Below, piece by piece: positions 1 through 8,827 of a DNA stretch of 59,230 nt. The translations under genes and the position numbers were made by a program. This stretch comes from an uncultured virus (IMG/VR IMGVR_UViG_3300006119_000007) (lineage: Duplodnaviria; Heunggongvirae; Uroviricota; Caudoviricetes): the IMG/VR virus record IMGVR_UViG_3300006119_000007; one strand, given 5' to 3'. How positions within the stretch are numbered: the stretch's first letter is position 1; every line of letters begins with the position of its first letter. The notes under the pieces were generated by a model. That model was not told the origin of the DNA and did not search any database. It saw only the letters and a program-made list of their open reading frames with translations.

Positions 1-1156
1 TGCCTAATATGGAAGCACCTGAGGTACCTTGAGTTCCAGCTCCAGTTGTTCCTTGAGGTCCGGTATATCCTTGAATACCCTGAATACCTTGGCTACCATT
101 CGAACCGACGAAACCTGCAGTTCCTTGAATACCGGTTAAACCCTGAATGCCTTGGATACCTTGAGTGCCTTGAATGCTTGTACCTTGAATACCTTGGATA
201 CCCTGATTTCCGTAACTACCTTGAATACCCTGGATTCCTTGAGCACCGGTGATTCCTTGAGTTCCTTGCGTACCTTGGATACCCTGAATACCTTGCACGC
301 CATTTGTGCCAGAGATACCCTGAATTCCTTGAATACCCTGAACGCTTGCGCCTTGAATACCTTGTATGCCCTGAGCTCCAGTGATACCCTGTGTACCAGT
401 GATTCCTTGAATACCCTGAGCGCCAGTGATTCCTTGAATGCCCTGAGCTCCAGTGATGCCTTGATTTCCTTGAATACCCTGTGTACCCTGAGGTCCTACC
501 TGAGTGTAAGTCACTTGTGTTGCAGTTAAGATAACACCTGGACTGACTGGATAAACTGGATTTGTTCCTGCTGCAAGAGTCTGAATCGTGACAGACGTGC
601 TATCAACTCTCCACATGAGCTGGAGATAATCGCCTGCATTGAGAGCAAGCACTAAATTGTAAGAAGCCAGCATCAATCCATTCGTACTACCATGCTTTGA
701 CGGGATTGCAATTTCACCTGCGCTCGCTGGGATATCGGTTCCATTCTTTCTGAACCAAACTTCTGAATTACCAACTGCGCTGTCTGTATTTGCGAACTGA
801 ATCGAGAACTGAATATTGTATGTTGCACCATGGACGAAGTATACTTGATTTCCATTATTGATCTGAACACCATTGCTGTTTGGATCATAGCTTCCAATAT
901 TGACTGGATATGCAGTTGTGGTATTCGCTGCGGTTTGATTCGTGGTATCGTAGAATGAACCCCAGTAAGCGATCGTACCACCAGCACCTTGAGCTCCTTG
1001 AATACCCTGTGTACCCTGAAGACCCTGAACGCCCTGAGTACCCTGTGTTCCAGTGTTACTCTGCCAAGAGTTCTGAGTGCTGCTCCAGGTCCAGATACGA
1101 CCTCCGGATGTAAATGTTTGACCATTGGTCGGGGAATTTGGAAAATCGAGTGCCAT
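1..1156 (-). CDS. Collagen-like fibre protein, truncated by the window edge, with a C1q/BclA-like beta-sandwich domain
   Basis: Not in the ORF track. ATG at 1156 reads MALDFPNSPTNGQTFTSGGRIWTWSSTQNSW, then (QGx)n, then a globular beta-rich segment (YWGSFYDTTNQTA...YNIQFSIQF...LALNAGDYLQLMW), then more QGx repeats with no stop before position 1. Confidence 0.85.
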   Translation of the reverse strand, partial: MALDFPNSPTNGQTFTSGGRIWTWSSTQNSWQSNTGTQGTQGVQGLQGTQGIQGAQGAGGTIAYWGSFYDTTNQTAANTTTAYPVNIGSYDPNSNGVQINNGNQVYFVHGATYNIQFSIQFANTDSAVGNSEVWFRKNGTDIPASAGEIAIPSKHGSTNGLMLASYNLVLALNAGDYLQLMWRVDSTSVTIQTLAAGTNPVYPVSPGVILTATQVTYTQVGPQGTQGIQGNQGITGAQGIQGITGAQGIQGITGTQGITGAQGIQGIQGASVQGIQGIQGISGTNGVQGIQGIQGTQGTQGITGAQGIQGIQGSYGNQGIQGIQGTSIQGTQGIQGIQGLTGIQGTAGFVGSNGSQGIQGIQGYTGPQGTTGAGTQGTSGASILG

Positions 1157-1170
1157 AAAAATTATTTACC

Positions 1171-1178
1171 TATTTATT
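1171..1178 (-). promoter_or_regulatory. T4-type late promoter variant (AATAAATA)
   Basis: 7/8 match to TATAAATA, 14 nt upstream of the ATG at 1156. Confidence 0.55.
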
Positions 1179-1186
1179 AATGAAAA

Positions 1187-1663
1187 TTAAGGTCCTTGGA
1201 CGCCCTGAACTCCTTGACTACCTTGTACTCCTTGAGTGGATTGCACGCCTTGTACGGACTGAGTCATTGGAATAGGTTGCGATACCCATGCTTTTGTTGG
1301 TTCATCCCAGACCCATATTGAACCATCAACTGCTGTTGGCATTGGTACTGGTGCGTCCCATAATCCTGTATCAGTATTGAGTATCCATGATGGATATGGT
1401 TGTGGTGGCACAAATGCATCAATGCTAGCATTGTAGCTGTAACCCAAGCCAGCATAGTTCTTGCGCAGTGCAACACCACCATCAGGCTTGCCATCAGGAC
1501 CATAGTGAACACCACCACGTGTGTTGTAGCTTGTTTGTACCCAGAGACCGCCAAGGCCAAGATCCTTGGACAAGTAATCACTGCCACGTGATGCTTGATC
1601 ATCAGGGACAACGAGTACATTGATAACCTTACTATTTATGTCGATTTGTGCGAAGTGTGCCAT
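1187..1663 (-). CDS. Fibre-associated or fibre-assembly-like protein (MAHFAQ family)
   Basis: MAHFAQID...WVQTSYN...LRKNYAG.GY.Y...DAFVPPQPYPSW motifs, typical of small genes next to Gly-rich phage fibre genes. Ends in a short QGVQG tail. Confidence 0.7.
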   Translation of the reverse strand: MAHFAQIDINSKVINVLVVPDDQASRGSDYLSKDLGLGGLWVQTSYNTRGGVHYGPDGKPDGGVALRKNYAGLGYSYNASIDAFVPPQPYPSWILNTDTGLWDAPVPMPTAVDGSIWVWDEPTKAWVSQPIPMTQSVQGVQSTQGVQGSQGVQGVQGP

Positions 1664-1677
1664 GATGTTATGTGATA

Positions 1678-4029
1678 TTAAAATGTGATACTACCAGATG
1701 CAGTGAATTTGTAAACATTGTAACCATTAGCAGTGGTCAGTGTGGGCGAACCCGTGGTGCTAGCAGCAGTAGTATAGGTAGATGGGTAGGCTAATATGAC
1801 TACGCCAGAACCACCTGCTCCTGAATCACCACCGCCCCCACCACCAGTATTAGTTCCTGCATTAGTACCACCACCAGCAACACCTTTCCCACCACCGCCC
1901 ATGCCTCCATAACCGCTACCTTGACCACCACCACCGCCTGCGTAAGAAGCACCAAATGGGTTTTGGGAGGCTATGTATGGAGAACCTACTGTTGTTATTG
2001 TAGCATTATTACTACTGCTGTCAGAAAAACTACCAGATTGACAACTTAGTAATTGAGTTCCGCTAATAGCTGTAATTGGTGTCGTAGGTGGTGTAAAATT
2101 AGATGTGTAAACAGCAGTGCCAATAACAGCTCTAAAATTAGAAATATAACCACCAGAAAAAGGATAAGAAGATGAGTAATATGCACCTATAGCTGCGTAA
2201 TTAGTACTATAACTATTAGTATCAGATGCAGAAGCAATAGAAGTACCATTTATATAAACATTATTAGTACCGCTATGTCTTACAGCAGCAACATGAACCC
2301 ATGTGTATAAAGGAGCAGTATAAGAAATTTGATTATTATAATTGTTATAATAATAAGTAATAGTGTTTGGAGAACTTGTTAAACCAAGTGCTATACCTGC
2401 AAAACCAGAAGGCAATCCACCAGCCGTAGAACACATTTGAAAAAAACCGTTGTTGGTTACTGGTTTTGTTAAATAAAACCAAAACTCAACTGTGTAATCA
2501 CCAGTTCCAATCGACATACCAGAAATACTAGATGTTGTTAAATAACTAGTACCATCAAAGTGATTAGACCAGCTATACGTTGATGGGTTGGCTATGTAGG
2601 TTGTAAATCCATCGCCTCCGTTACCACCAGATGATATACCGTAACCACCTGCCATTCCATATCCACCACCACCACCATCAGTTAAACCTGGTGAATTTCC
2701 ACCACCATAACCTTGGCCTGTTGTTCCTAAACCACCGTTTGCTGCTGATGTACCACCTCCACCGCCACCTGAACCACCATTTAATCCAGCAGCAGCACCA
2801 GTAGCACTACCACCACCTCCTCCGCCTGCAATAGCTGTTATTGTTGTTAATCCTGTTCCAGAAATTGAACTATTAGTGCCATTGTTTCCAGTACCTGCAT
2901 TAGGAATTACAGGACCAGCCCCACCAGATCCTACGGTTACTGTATATGTAGTTCCAGCTGTTGGTTGAAATAATCCTTGTAGCACACCGCCGCCACCACC
3001 ACCTGCTCCATAATAATAACCAGCACCACCGCCCCCAGCCACCGCTAGGTATTGCACATAAGGAGTCTTTGAAGGGGTAGCTATAGGTGACCATATAATA
3101 ACTATGCCTGAGCCTCCTGCTCCACCAGTTCCTGTTAGTCCAGACCCTCCTCCGCCACCGCCAGTGTTTGTTGATCCAGCTCCACCTGTTCCAGAACTGG
3201 TATTGTTTCCAGCTCCTCCACCGCCTGTGCCTCCAGCTCCAGCAACAGAGCTAGTACGAGAATCTGCACCGCCACCACCTCCACCTCCATAATAAACTGT
3301 AGAATTACTTACTGGTAAATAAATACCAATACCATTACCACCGTTTCCTGCTGCTGATGTAGAATTTGTTGCATTAGTCCCTATTGAATTAGCACCGCCC
3401 CCGCCACCTCCGCCACGTTGAGTTGAATCAATACCTGATCCACCAGACCAACCTTGTCCAGCTACACCAACGCCAACAGCACCTGATGAACCAGAGCCAA
3501 AACCAGCCCCACCGCCCGATCCGCCATATGATCCATAGTTATTTGAAGAACCAGAACAAGCACCACCAAATCCACCGCCAACAGCAGTAAAACCAAAAGC
3601 ACTGCTATTAGAACCTGAATTGCCGTGCGAACCTGCTCCTTCTCCTCCTCCTCCAGCACCACCAGAGCCACCTGCACCTACAATTATAGTGTATGTGCCA
3701 GCCGTTAAAGTTGTTTGTCCTGTAACTACACCGCCACCACCGCCCCCTCCTCCACGTTCTCCGCCAGCTCCACCCCCACCAGCAACAATAGCGTAATAGA
3801 CAGTGCCTCCTGTACTCACTGTAAATGTGCTAGAGCCTGTTGTTGTAAATGACCATTGATTGTAGCCATTACCTGATGTTGCTGTACCACCTGTTGCGGT
3901 AACACCAATTATTGGCCAAGTACCCTGTCTCGCTGCATCAAATTGATCAGCAAGATTCCACCTACCAACCGCACTTGTTAGTGCTGGTGTCGTTGATGTG
4001 TTAAGGTATGAGCCTTTTAGGTAGCGCAT
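1678..4029 (-). CDS. Polyglycine-rich putative adhesin with two Gly-rich domains and an inserted LamG/ConA-like domain
   Basis: Repeated VAGGGG...GGSGGG...NTGGGGGG...GGSG(I/V)VI motifs. Internal GTGDYTVEFWFY...WVHVAAVR...YINGT...GYISNFR is LamG-like. Confidence 0.8.
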   Translation of the reverse strand: MRYLKGSYLNTSTTPALTSAVGRWNLADQFDAARQGTWPIIGVTATGGTATSGNGYNQWSFTTTGSSTFTVSTGGTVYYAIVAGGGGAGGERGGGGGGGGVVTGQTTLTAGTYTIIVGAGGSGGAGGGGEGAGSHGNSGSNSSAFGFTAVGGGFGGACSGSSNNYGSYGGSGGGAGFGSGSSGAVGVGVAGQGWSGGSGIDSTQRGGGGGGGANSIGTNATNSTSAAGNGGNGIGIYLPVSNSTVYYGGGGGGGADSRTSSVAGAGGTGGGGAGNNTSSGTGGAGSTNTGGGGGGSGLTGTGGAGGSGIVIIWSPIATPSKTPYVQYLAVAGGGGAGYYYGAGGGGGGVLQGLFQPTAGTTYTVTVGSGGAGPVIPNAGTGNNGTNSSISGTGLTTITAIAGGGGGGSATGAAAGLNGGSGGGGGGTSAANGGLGTTGQGYGGGNSPGLTDGGGGGYGMAGGYGISSGGNGGDGFTTYIANPSTYSWSNHFDGTSYLTTSSISGMSIGTGDYTVEFWFYLTKPVTNNGFFQMCSTAGGLPSGFAGIALGLTSSPNTITYYYNNYNNQISYTAPLYTWVHVAAVRHSGTNNVYINGTSIASASDTNSYSTNYAAIGAYYSSSYPFSGGYISNFRAVIGTAVYTSNFTPPTTPITAISGTQLLSCQSGSFSDSSSNNATITTVGSPYIASQNPFGASYAGGGGGQGSGYGGMGGGGKGVAGGGTNAGTNTGGGGGGDSGAGGSGVVILAYPSTYTTAASTTGSPTLTTANGYNVYKFTASGSITF

Positions 4030-4385
4030 TAGGAAATAGCTTCGTAAGAAGCAATGATATCGATCGCAGTTGATGTACCAGCGACAGCAGTGAGTACGTC
4101 AGATTCATTCATGTAGAACATGCTATCTTTGCCGACAAGTACTAATGTTGAATTAGCTGGTACAGTAATCTGATAAGCGATGTTGTAGCTTGTTGAGCTT
4201 CGAGTGATATAGAGAGTAATCGTAGCATTACTACTCGTCTTATTTGCTGCAATGACGCTATCCACTTTATAGACAGTATTGCTTGGCACAGAAGAGATGA
4301 TCGTGCTTCCTGAAGTTGAGACGCTGCTCGTAACGGTGGTCGTGCCGTAGATGTAAGTGAGACCTGCTATGTTAGGATTAGCCAT
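4029..4385 (-). CDS. Small virion structural protein (beta-sandwich, fibre-associated)
   Basis: 118 aa, Ser/Thr-rich, with a MANPNI...ITVPANSTLVL...Y.NESD.L pattern common in fibre clusters. Its stop overlaps the next start codon. Confidence 0.65.
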   Translation of the reverse strand: MANPNIAGLTYIYGTTTVTSSVSTSGSTIISSVPSNTVYKVDSVIAANKTSSNATITLYITRSSTSYNIAYQITVPANSTLVLVGKDSMFYMNESDVLTAVAGTSTAIDIIASYEAIS

Positions 4386-4413
4386 TTGTAGTAGAGTGAG
4401 TTAATAATAGTAA

Positions 4414-6144
4414 TTAGTTAAAGATGAGTGCGAATGCCGCAGTCTTTGGTATTGGAACAGTTCCAGTCGTACCCTGAGAACCCAGAGTTCCTTGTATTCC
4501 CTGAATGCCCTGAGAACCAGTTGATCCAGTATTTCCTTGGATACCTTGGATACCTTGTGCTCCTGTCGAACCGGTTGTTCCTTGAATACCCTGAATACCT
4601 TGAGAACCAGTTGATCCAGTGTTACCAGTATTACCTTGGATACCTTGTGCTCCAGTTGAACCAGTAGTTCCTTGAATTCCTTGAATACCTTGAGCACCAG
4701 TTGAACCAGTTGATCCAGTGTTACCAGTATTACCTTGGATACCTTGTGCTCCAGTTGAACCAGTAGTTCCTTGAATTCCTTGAATACCTTGAGCACCAGT
4801 TGAACCAGTTGATCCAGTATTACCCTGAATGCCTTGTATTCCTTGAATACCCTGAACACTTGTGCCTTGAATACCCTGAACACCTTGAATTCCTTGTAAG
4901 CCTTGGATTCCCTGAATTCCTTGTGTTCCCTGTGAGCCAGTTGTTCCTTGAATACCTTGTACGCCTTGATATCCAATAGGTCCAGTCAAACCAGTAGTTC
5001 CTTGGATACCAGTGATACCTTGAATACCTTGAATACCTTGAGTGCCTTGAATACCTTGGATACCTTGATTACCAACTGCACCGGCAGAACCTTGAATACC
5101 TTGAGAACCTGTAATACCTTGTATTCCTTGGATTGCTTGGCCTTGAATACCCTGAACACCTTGAGCGCCAGTGATACCCTGAGTTCCTGTTGAACCTTGA
5201 ATACCTTGATTACCTACGTTTGAGATAATTAAAATTATGCTATCTTCACTTCCAAAAGAAGTGCTACCTTCACCACCAGAAGAAATGAGAGTGACAGGAA
5301 CTTGAATGTATGTTGAGTACTTTGTAGGTGTTCCATTCACTTTCCAAGTTTGATAACTTGGAGAATTATCTGAGTCTTGGATCGTGAGTCGATCTTGATC
5401 CTTGAGTAAACCTAAGAAAACAGTTATATCAACGCTTGTACTTGTTAAGAAGCTGATATCAAGTGCAGTCGCAGAAGCGTGAACCGCATTGTTCCAGAGG
5501 ATATGACCAGAACCGGGATCTCCACTTGTGGATCCTGTGTAAGTCAAATAGTTGTAATAACTTGAGGATTGTCCTGCTGCACCAGTAATACCTTGGTAAC
5601 CTTGAATACCCTGTGTACCCTGACTACCATTTGATCCAACAAAGCCTGCTGTACCCTGAGAACCAGTCGTACCTTGTATTCCTTGAATACCTTGCGAACC
5701 ATTCGATCCAACGAAGCCAGCAGTTCCCTGAACTCCCGTGATACCTTGGATACCTTGAATACCCTGAGGTCCAGACGCCGCAGTGACAGTGTTTGTTAAA
5801 ACGCCTGAATAATAAGATAGACCAGTTCCAACCGTGACATTTGAAAATCCACCTACACCATCACCTGCAAGAATTGTTGTGGCGTATGTCGCTGGTGCAT
5901 AATCAGTCTTTGCGACTGCAGCGGAAACGTGTCCAGATCCATTTGCTTTGAGTAAACCATTCGTGTAACCTGCACCACCTAGAGAAGCCGAGAGAACACC
6001 AGAAACAATATTGCTTGCATTTGTTGTGTCATGAAACGCCGAGTTATAACCGCGCCAGACAGTTCCATCCCATTGCCAGCTATAGCCATTAATGGAGTAA
6101 ACGTCATTTACTTGAGGAGAGGGAGGGAAATTGATTGCCGACAT
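4414..6144 (-). CDS. Collagen-like tail fibre protein
   Basis: N-terminal FPPSP...W.WDG..W module, long Gly-X-Gln/Thr triplet runs, and an internal globular domain (SGDPGSG.ILWNN) shared with 15014..20143. Confidence 0.85.
   Translation of the reverse strand: MSAINFPPSPQVNDVYSINGYSWQWDGTVWRGYNSAFHDTTNASNIVSGVLSASLGGAGYTNGLLKANGSGHVSAAVAKTDYAPATYATTILAGDGVGGFSNVTVGTGLSYYSGVLTNTVTAASGPQGIQGIQGITGVQGTAGFVGSNGSQGIQGIQGTTGSQGTAGFVGSNGSQGTQGIQGYQGITGAAGQSSSYYNYLTYTGSTSGDPGSGHILWNNAVHASATALDISFLTSTSVDITVFLGLLKDQDRLTIQDSDNSPSYQTWKVNGTPTKYSTYIQVPVTLISSGGEGSTSFGSEDSIILIISNVGNQGIQGSTGTQGITGAQGVQGIQGQAIQGIQGITGSQGIQGSAGAVGNQGIQGIQGTQGIQGIQGITGIQGTTGLTGPIGYQGVQGIQGTTGSQGTQGIQGIQGLQGIQGVQGIQGTSVQGIQGIQGIQGNTGSTGSTGAQGIQGIQGTTGSTGAQGIQGNTGNTGSTGSTGAQGIQGIQGTTGSTGAQGIQGNTGNTGSTGSQGIQGIQGTTGSTGAQGIQGIQGNTGSTGSQGIQGIQGTLGSQGTTGTVPIPKTAAFALIFN
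4604..4818. repeat. 99-bp tandem repeat (about 2.2 copies) inside a collagen-like gene
   Basis: gaaccagttgatccagt recurs at 4604, 4703 and 4802, and the intervening sequence matches. Confidence 0.85.
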
Positions 6145-6186
6145 TTGAGTTATTGAAAAGCTTCTGCTATATTTTTAAAATTGTTA

Positions 6187-7134
6187 TTATATCCAGATGA
6201 TGACTACTCCTGATCCACCAGGACCACCATATTGAGAATATCCTGCGCCACCACCTCCACCGCCACCGGTGTTAGCACTACCTCCACTTGCAGGTGCGTT
6301 ATTACCAAGTTCGATACCCCAACGAGCAGTACCAGCACCACCGCCACCATATCCACCAGCTGCGTATGTGTAAGAATTATTGTCAGGTGTACATCCGCCG
6401 CCGCCACCACCGACTGCAAAAGTTTGAATCGTGGTCGTTACATTACCACCAGCACCACCGCCACCTGAGACACCATTGCTTGCAGGATTGCCTGGACATT
6501 CTTGCCAACCGCCACCACCTTCACCACCACCGTAGTCGTGATTACCGTCGTTACCTTGGCCAGATATACCAGTACCATATCCATATGAAGCGCCACCGCC
6601 GCCACCACCACCGGATCCACCGTTACCGCCACTCGTATAAGCAGCACCATAACCACCACCTGTCGCAGTGATTGCTCCGAATGAGGAATTGCTTCCAGCA
6701 TTTCCAGGTCCGCTTGAGGTATAAACTGATCCACCGCCACCAACTGTGATCGTATAGCTTCCGGAACTTACGCTTGTGGATCCTGTCAGAACACCACCCG
6801 CACCAGCACCAGATCCGTTATTACTACCACCAGCGCCACCTCCTGCGACAACTGCATAATACACTGTTCCAGATCCTGAAACAGAGAGTGTTCCAGATGA
6901 AGTAAAGACACATTGCGTATGGCTACCACTCGTACTTACAGAGCCACCGGAGATTGAAAAAGCACCAGCCGCTGATTTACCATAACCATTGCTCATGTAG
7001 ATCGCGCCAGTAATTCCAACACCAAAAAGGCTTCGAACGGCGGATTCGTTCATATTTACGGACGCAGTGGAGGACCGTCCTAATTCGACGTCCACTTGGC
7101 TAAGAGTAATTGTACCTGATGAAGGAAGACTCAT
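6187..7134 (-). CDS. Polyglycine-rich fibre tip or adhesin-like protein
   Basis: N-terminal MSLPSSGTITLSQVDVELG...AI.MSN.YGKS anchor motif followed by one Gly-rich domain ending GGSGVVIIWI. Confidence 0.75.
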   Translation of the reverse strand: MSLPSSGTITLSQVDVELGRSSTASVNMNESAVRSLFGVGITGAIYMSNGYGKSAAGAFSISGGSVSTSGSHTQCVFTSSGTLSVSGSGTVYYAVVAGGGAGGSNNGSGAGAGGVLTGSTSVSSGSYTITVGGGGSVYTSSGPGNAGSNSSFGAITATGGGYGAAYTSGGNGGSGGGGGGGASYGYGTGISGQGNDGNHDYGGGEGGGGWQECPGNPASNGVSGGGGAGGNVTTTIQTFAVGGGGGGCTPDNNSYTYAAGGYGGGGAGTARWGIELGNNAPASGGSANTGGGGGGGAGYSQYGGPGGSGVVIIWI

Positions 7135-7161
7135 GTATTATTATAATAGACCGTAATGTTC

Positions 7162-7169
7162 TATTTATA
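7162..7169 (-). promoter_or_regulatory. T4-type late promoter TATAAATA
   Basis: Exact consensus in the intergenic gap upstream of 7134. A gp33 homolog is encoded in the window. Confidence 0.8.
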
Positions 7170-7178
7170 ATATATGAA

Positions 7179-7760
7179 TCAGAAGCTGACTACAAAACCA
7201 CCCTCCATACCATGAGCATGTTGCTGAGCACCAAACTTTGTCGTATAACGGACTCCTAATTCAACGTTTTTTACGATTTCATAGGCAAATCCTATCTTAC
7301 CGGTATTGGACTCAAAGTAATACTTTTTCTGGATATTATCAAAGGCATTCCTATATCGATAGTTTGAGGTCAGAGTCAATGACTTATTGACTTTATAGTC
7401 CTCCTCAAGAGTGAACTGATAGTGTGAGTAGTCACCTCCGACTTGATTTATGATCCTTCCAAGACCTACCTGAAGGCTGGTCGTGAATTGGCCAATCGTG
7501 AATAGATCGTGACTGATCTGAGCCTCGAGCATACTCTGTAAGGGTGAACCCTTGGTCGTGTCTCGATTAATCTCGTAGTCCAGTCCAAACTGAAAGTCAT
7601 GGAAGGTCGTCGAGGGAGTGATGGCAAAGTGCTCGTTCACTGCGCTTGGTCCCTTGATTGAAGGAGCCTGAGTATACCTCTCGGCACCGTACTCAAACTC
7701 GAGACTTGACTCAGCGAGTGCTGGAGTAATAAGGAATAGGAATAAGATCAATTTTTTCAT
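7179..7760 (-). CDS. Putative outer-membrane beta-barrel protein
   Basis: Likely start is ATG at 7760 (ATGA overlap with the upstream stop). It gives a signal peptide MKKLILFLFLITPALA, alternating amphipathic strands, and a C-terminal GFVVSF ending in Phe (BAM beta-signal-like). Confidence 0.7.
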   Translation of the reverse strand: MKKLILFLFLITPALAESSLEFEYGAERYTQAPSIKGPSAVNEHFAITPSTTFHDFQFGLDYEINRDTTKGSPLQSMLEAQISHDLFTIGQFTTSLQVGLGRIINQVGGDYSHYQFTLEEDYKVNKSLTLTSNYRYRNAFDNIQKKYYFESNTGKIGFAYEIVKNVELGVRYTTKFGAQQHAHGMEGGFVVSF

Positions 7761-8827
7761 TTCACAAGAAAGGTAAAGATTCCAGCGGTTGCGAGTATCA
7801 GGAACGCCCATGTCCCAAGAGCCTTATAGTATGTGGATAATGGAGTTCCAAAGTATCGTTTACCGATCATGACACACTCGTGCATTGGAGTTAAGAGGTA
7901 TCCGCAGTAGTCAAGAGCAAAGAACCAGAGTAGGTATTCTTTTCCAAAGACTGTGGTGGCTAGAACAGTTAATGCCGCAAACTTACCATCGCTTCCCATA
8001 CTAAAGCTCGCTGAGAAGAGAAGGATACTAATGACTAGCATTCCTCGAAAGGTGTGAGGATCCATGTTCCAAGTTTTCACTGCGTGCTCGATCCATTCCT
8101 TATGATCCTGCATGTAGTTTGAGGTAAAGAATATCACGCCCACGATTGCCATGGTCGTCCAGTTAACGTAGCTGGAGATCTTTCTCCAATCAAACGTCTT
8201 TGTTAAGAAGAGGTAATAAGCAAGCAAGCAACCAAAGATTGGAAACACGAGTTCTGATCCCTCTCCGCCCAGCGCCATATAGGTCAAAACTGCTCCAAGG
8301 AATGGTACGACGTTCTTGATGAAATTAAAAGCACCTAGGTTCTTCTGAGGAGCGATATCAACCTCTTTCTCCTTGATGACGAAGAAGAGATAATAGAAGA
8401 TAAAGATTGAGCTGACCGCAATGAGTGGCCAGATGACACCAATCCACGCCGAGTAGCCTAGACCAAATGCAGCCATTGGAAGTAACACTGGTTTCTCGAT
8501 TGGAGACCACATGTAGTAGTGATGAGTCGTGAGAAAATCGATAGGACCTAACTTCTCTCTTGCACTTCGATTCTTCTCGTTTGAGGCAGTCGCTGTATCA
8601 AGTATGCCTGCACTGATGGTACTTCTTCCCTCGAGAGGAAGAACGCCGCTCACGAGACTCACGATGGCAATCACTAATCGATTGCTATCAAGTTTGGATT
8701 TAAGCCATCCATAGGTGTTACCAAAAAGGTTGTGTTCTTTTGCAAGACCAGCAACAACCATGATCGTAAAGAGAACGAAGAGATAGATCTCATCGCTCAA
8801 ATAATATTTTTCCAAGAACTCATTCAT
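7757..8827 (-). CDS. DUF401-like / ion-transporter (IT) superfamily inner-membrane protein
   Basis: About 9-10 hydrophobic segments. SGVLPLEGRSTISAG, THHYYMWSP and GYLLTPMHECV...YF resemble recalled DUF401 motifs (GLLP..GG...SAP, G..LSP.H.C...YF). Confidence 0.65.
   Translation of the reverse strand: MNEFLEKYYLSDEIYLFVLFTIMVVAGLAKEHNLFGNTYGWLKSKLDSNRLVIAIVSLVSGVLPLEGRSTISAGILDTATASNEKNRSAREKLGPIDFLTTHHYYMWSPIEKPVLLPMAAFGLGYSAWIGVIWPLIAVSSIFIFYYLFFVIKEKEVDIAPQKNLGAFNFIKNVVPFLGAVLTYMALGGEGSELVFPIFGCLLAYYLFLTKTFDWRKISSYVNWTTMAIVGVIFFTSNYMQDHKEWIEHAVKTWNMDPHTFRGMLVISILLFSASFSMGSDGKFAALTVLATTVFGKEYLLWFFALDYCGYLLTPMHECVMIGKRYFGTPLSTYYKALGTWAFLILATAGIFTFLVK

Noticed and set aside
46..1180. Track ORFs 46..252, 152..529, 673..1125, 910..1113 and 989..1180
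   Set aside because: They are shadow frames of the real truncated minus-strand collagen-like gene starting at 1156.
4604..4818. Regularly spaced direct repeats resembling a CRISPR array
   Set aside because: The units are in-frame coding repeats with no unique spacers, and no cas genes are present.
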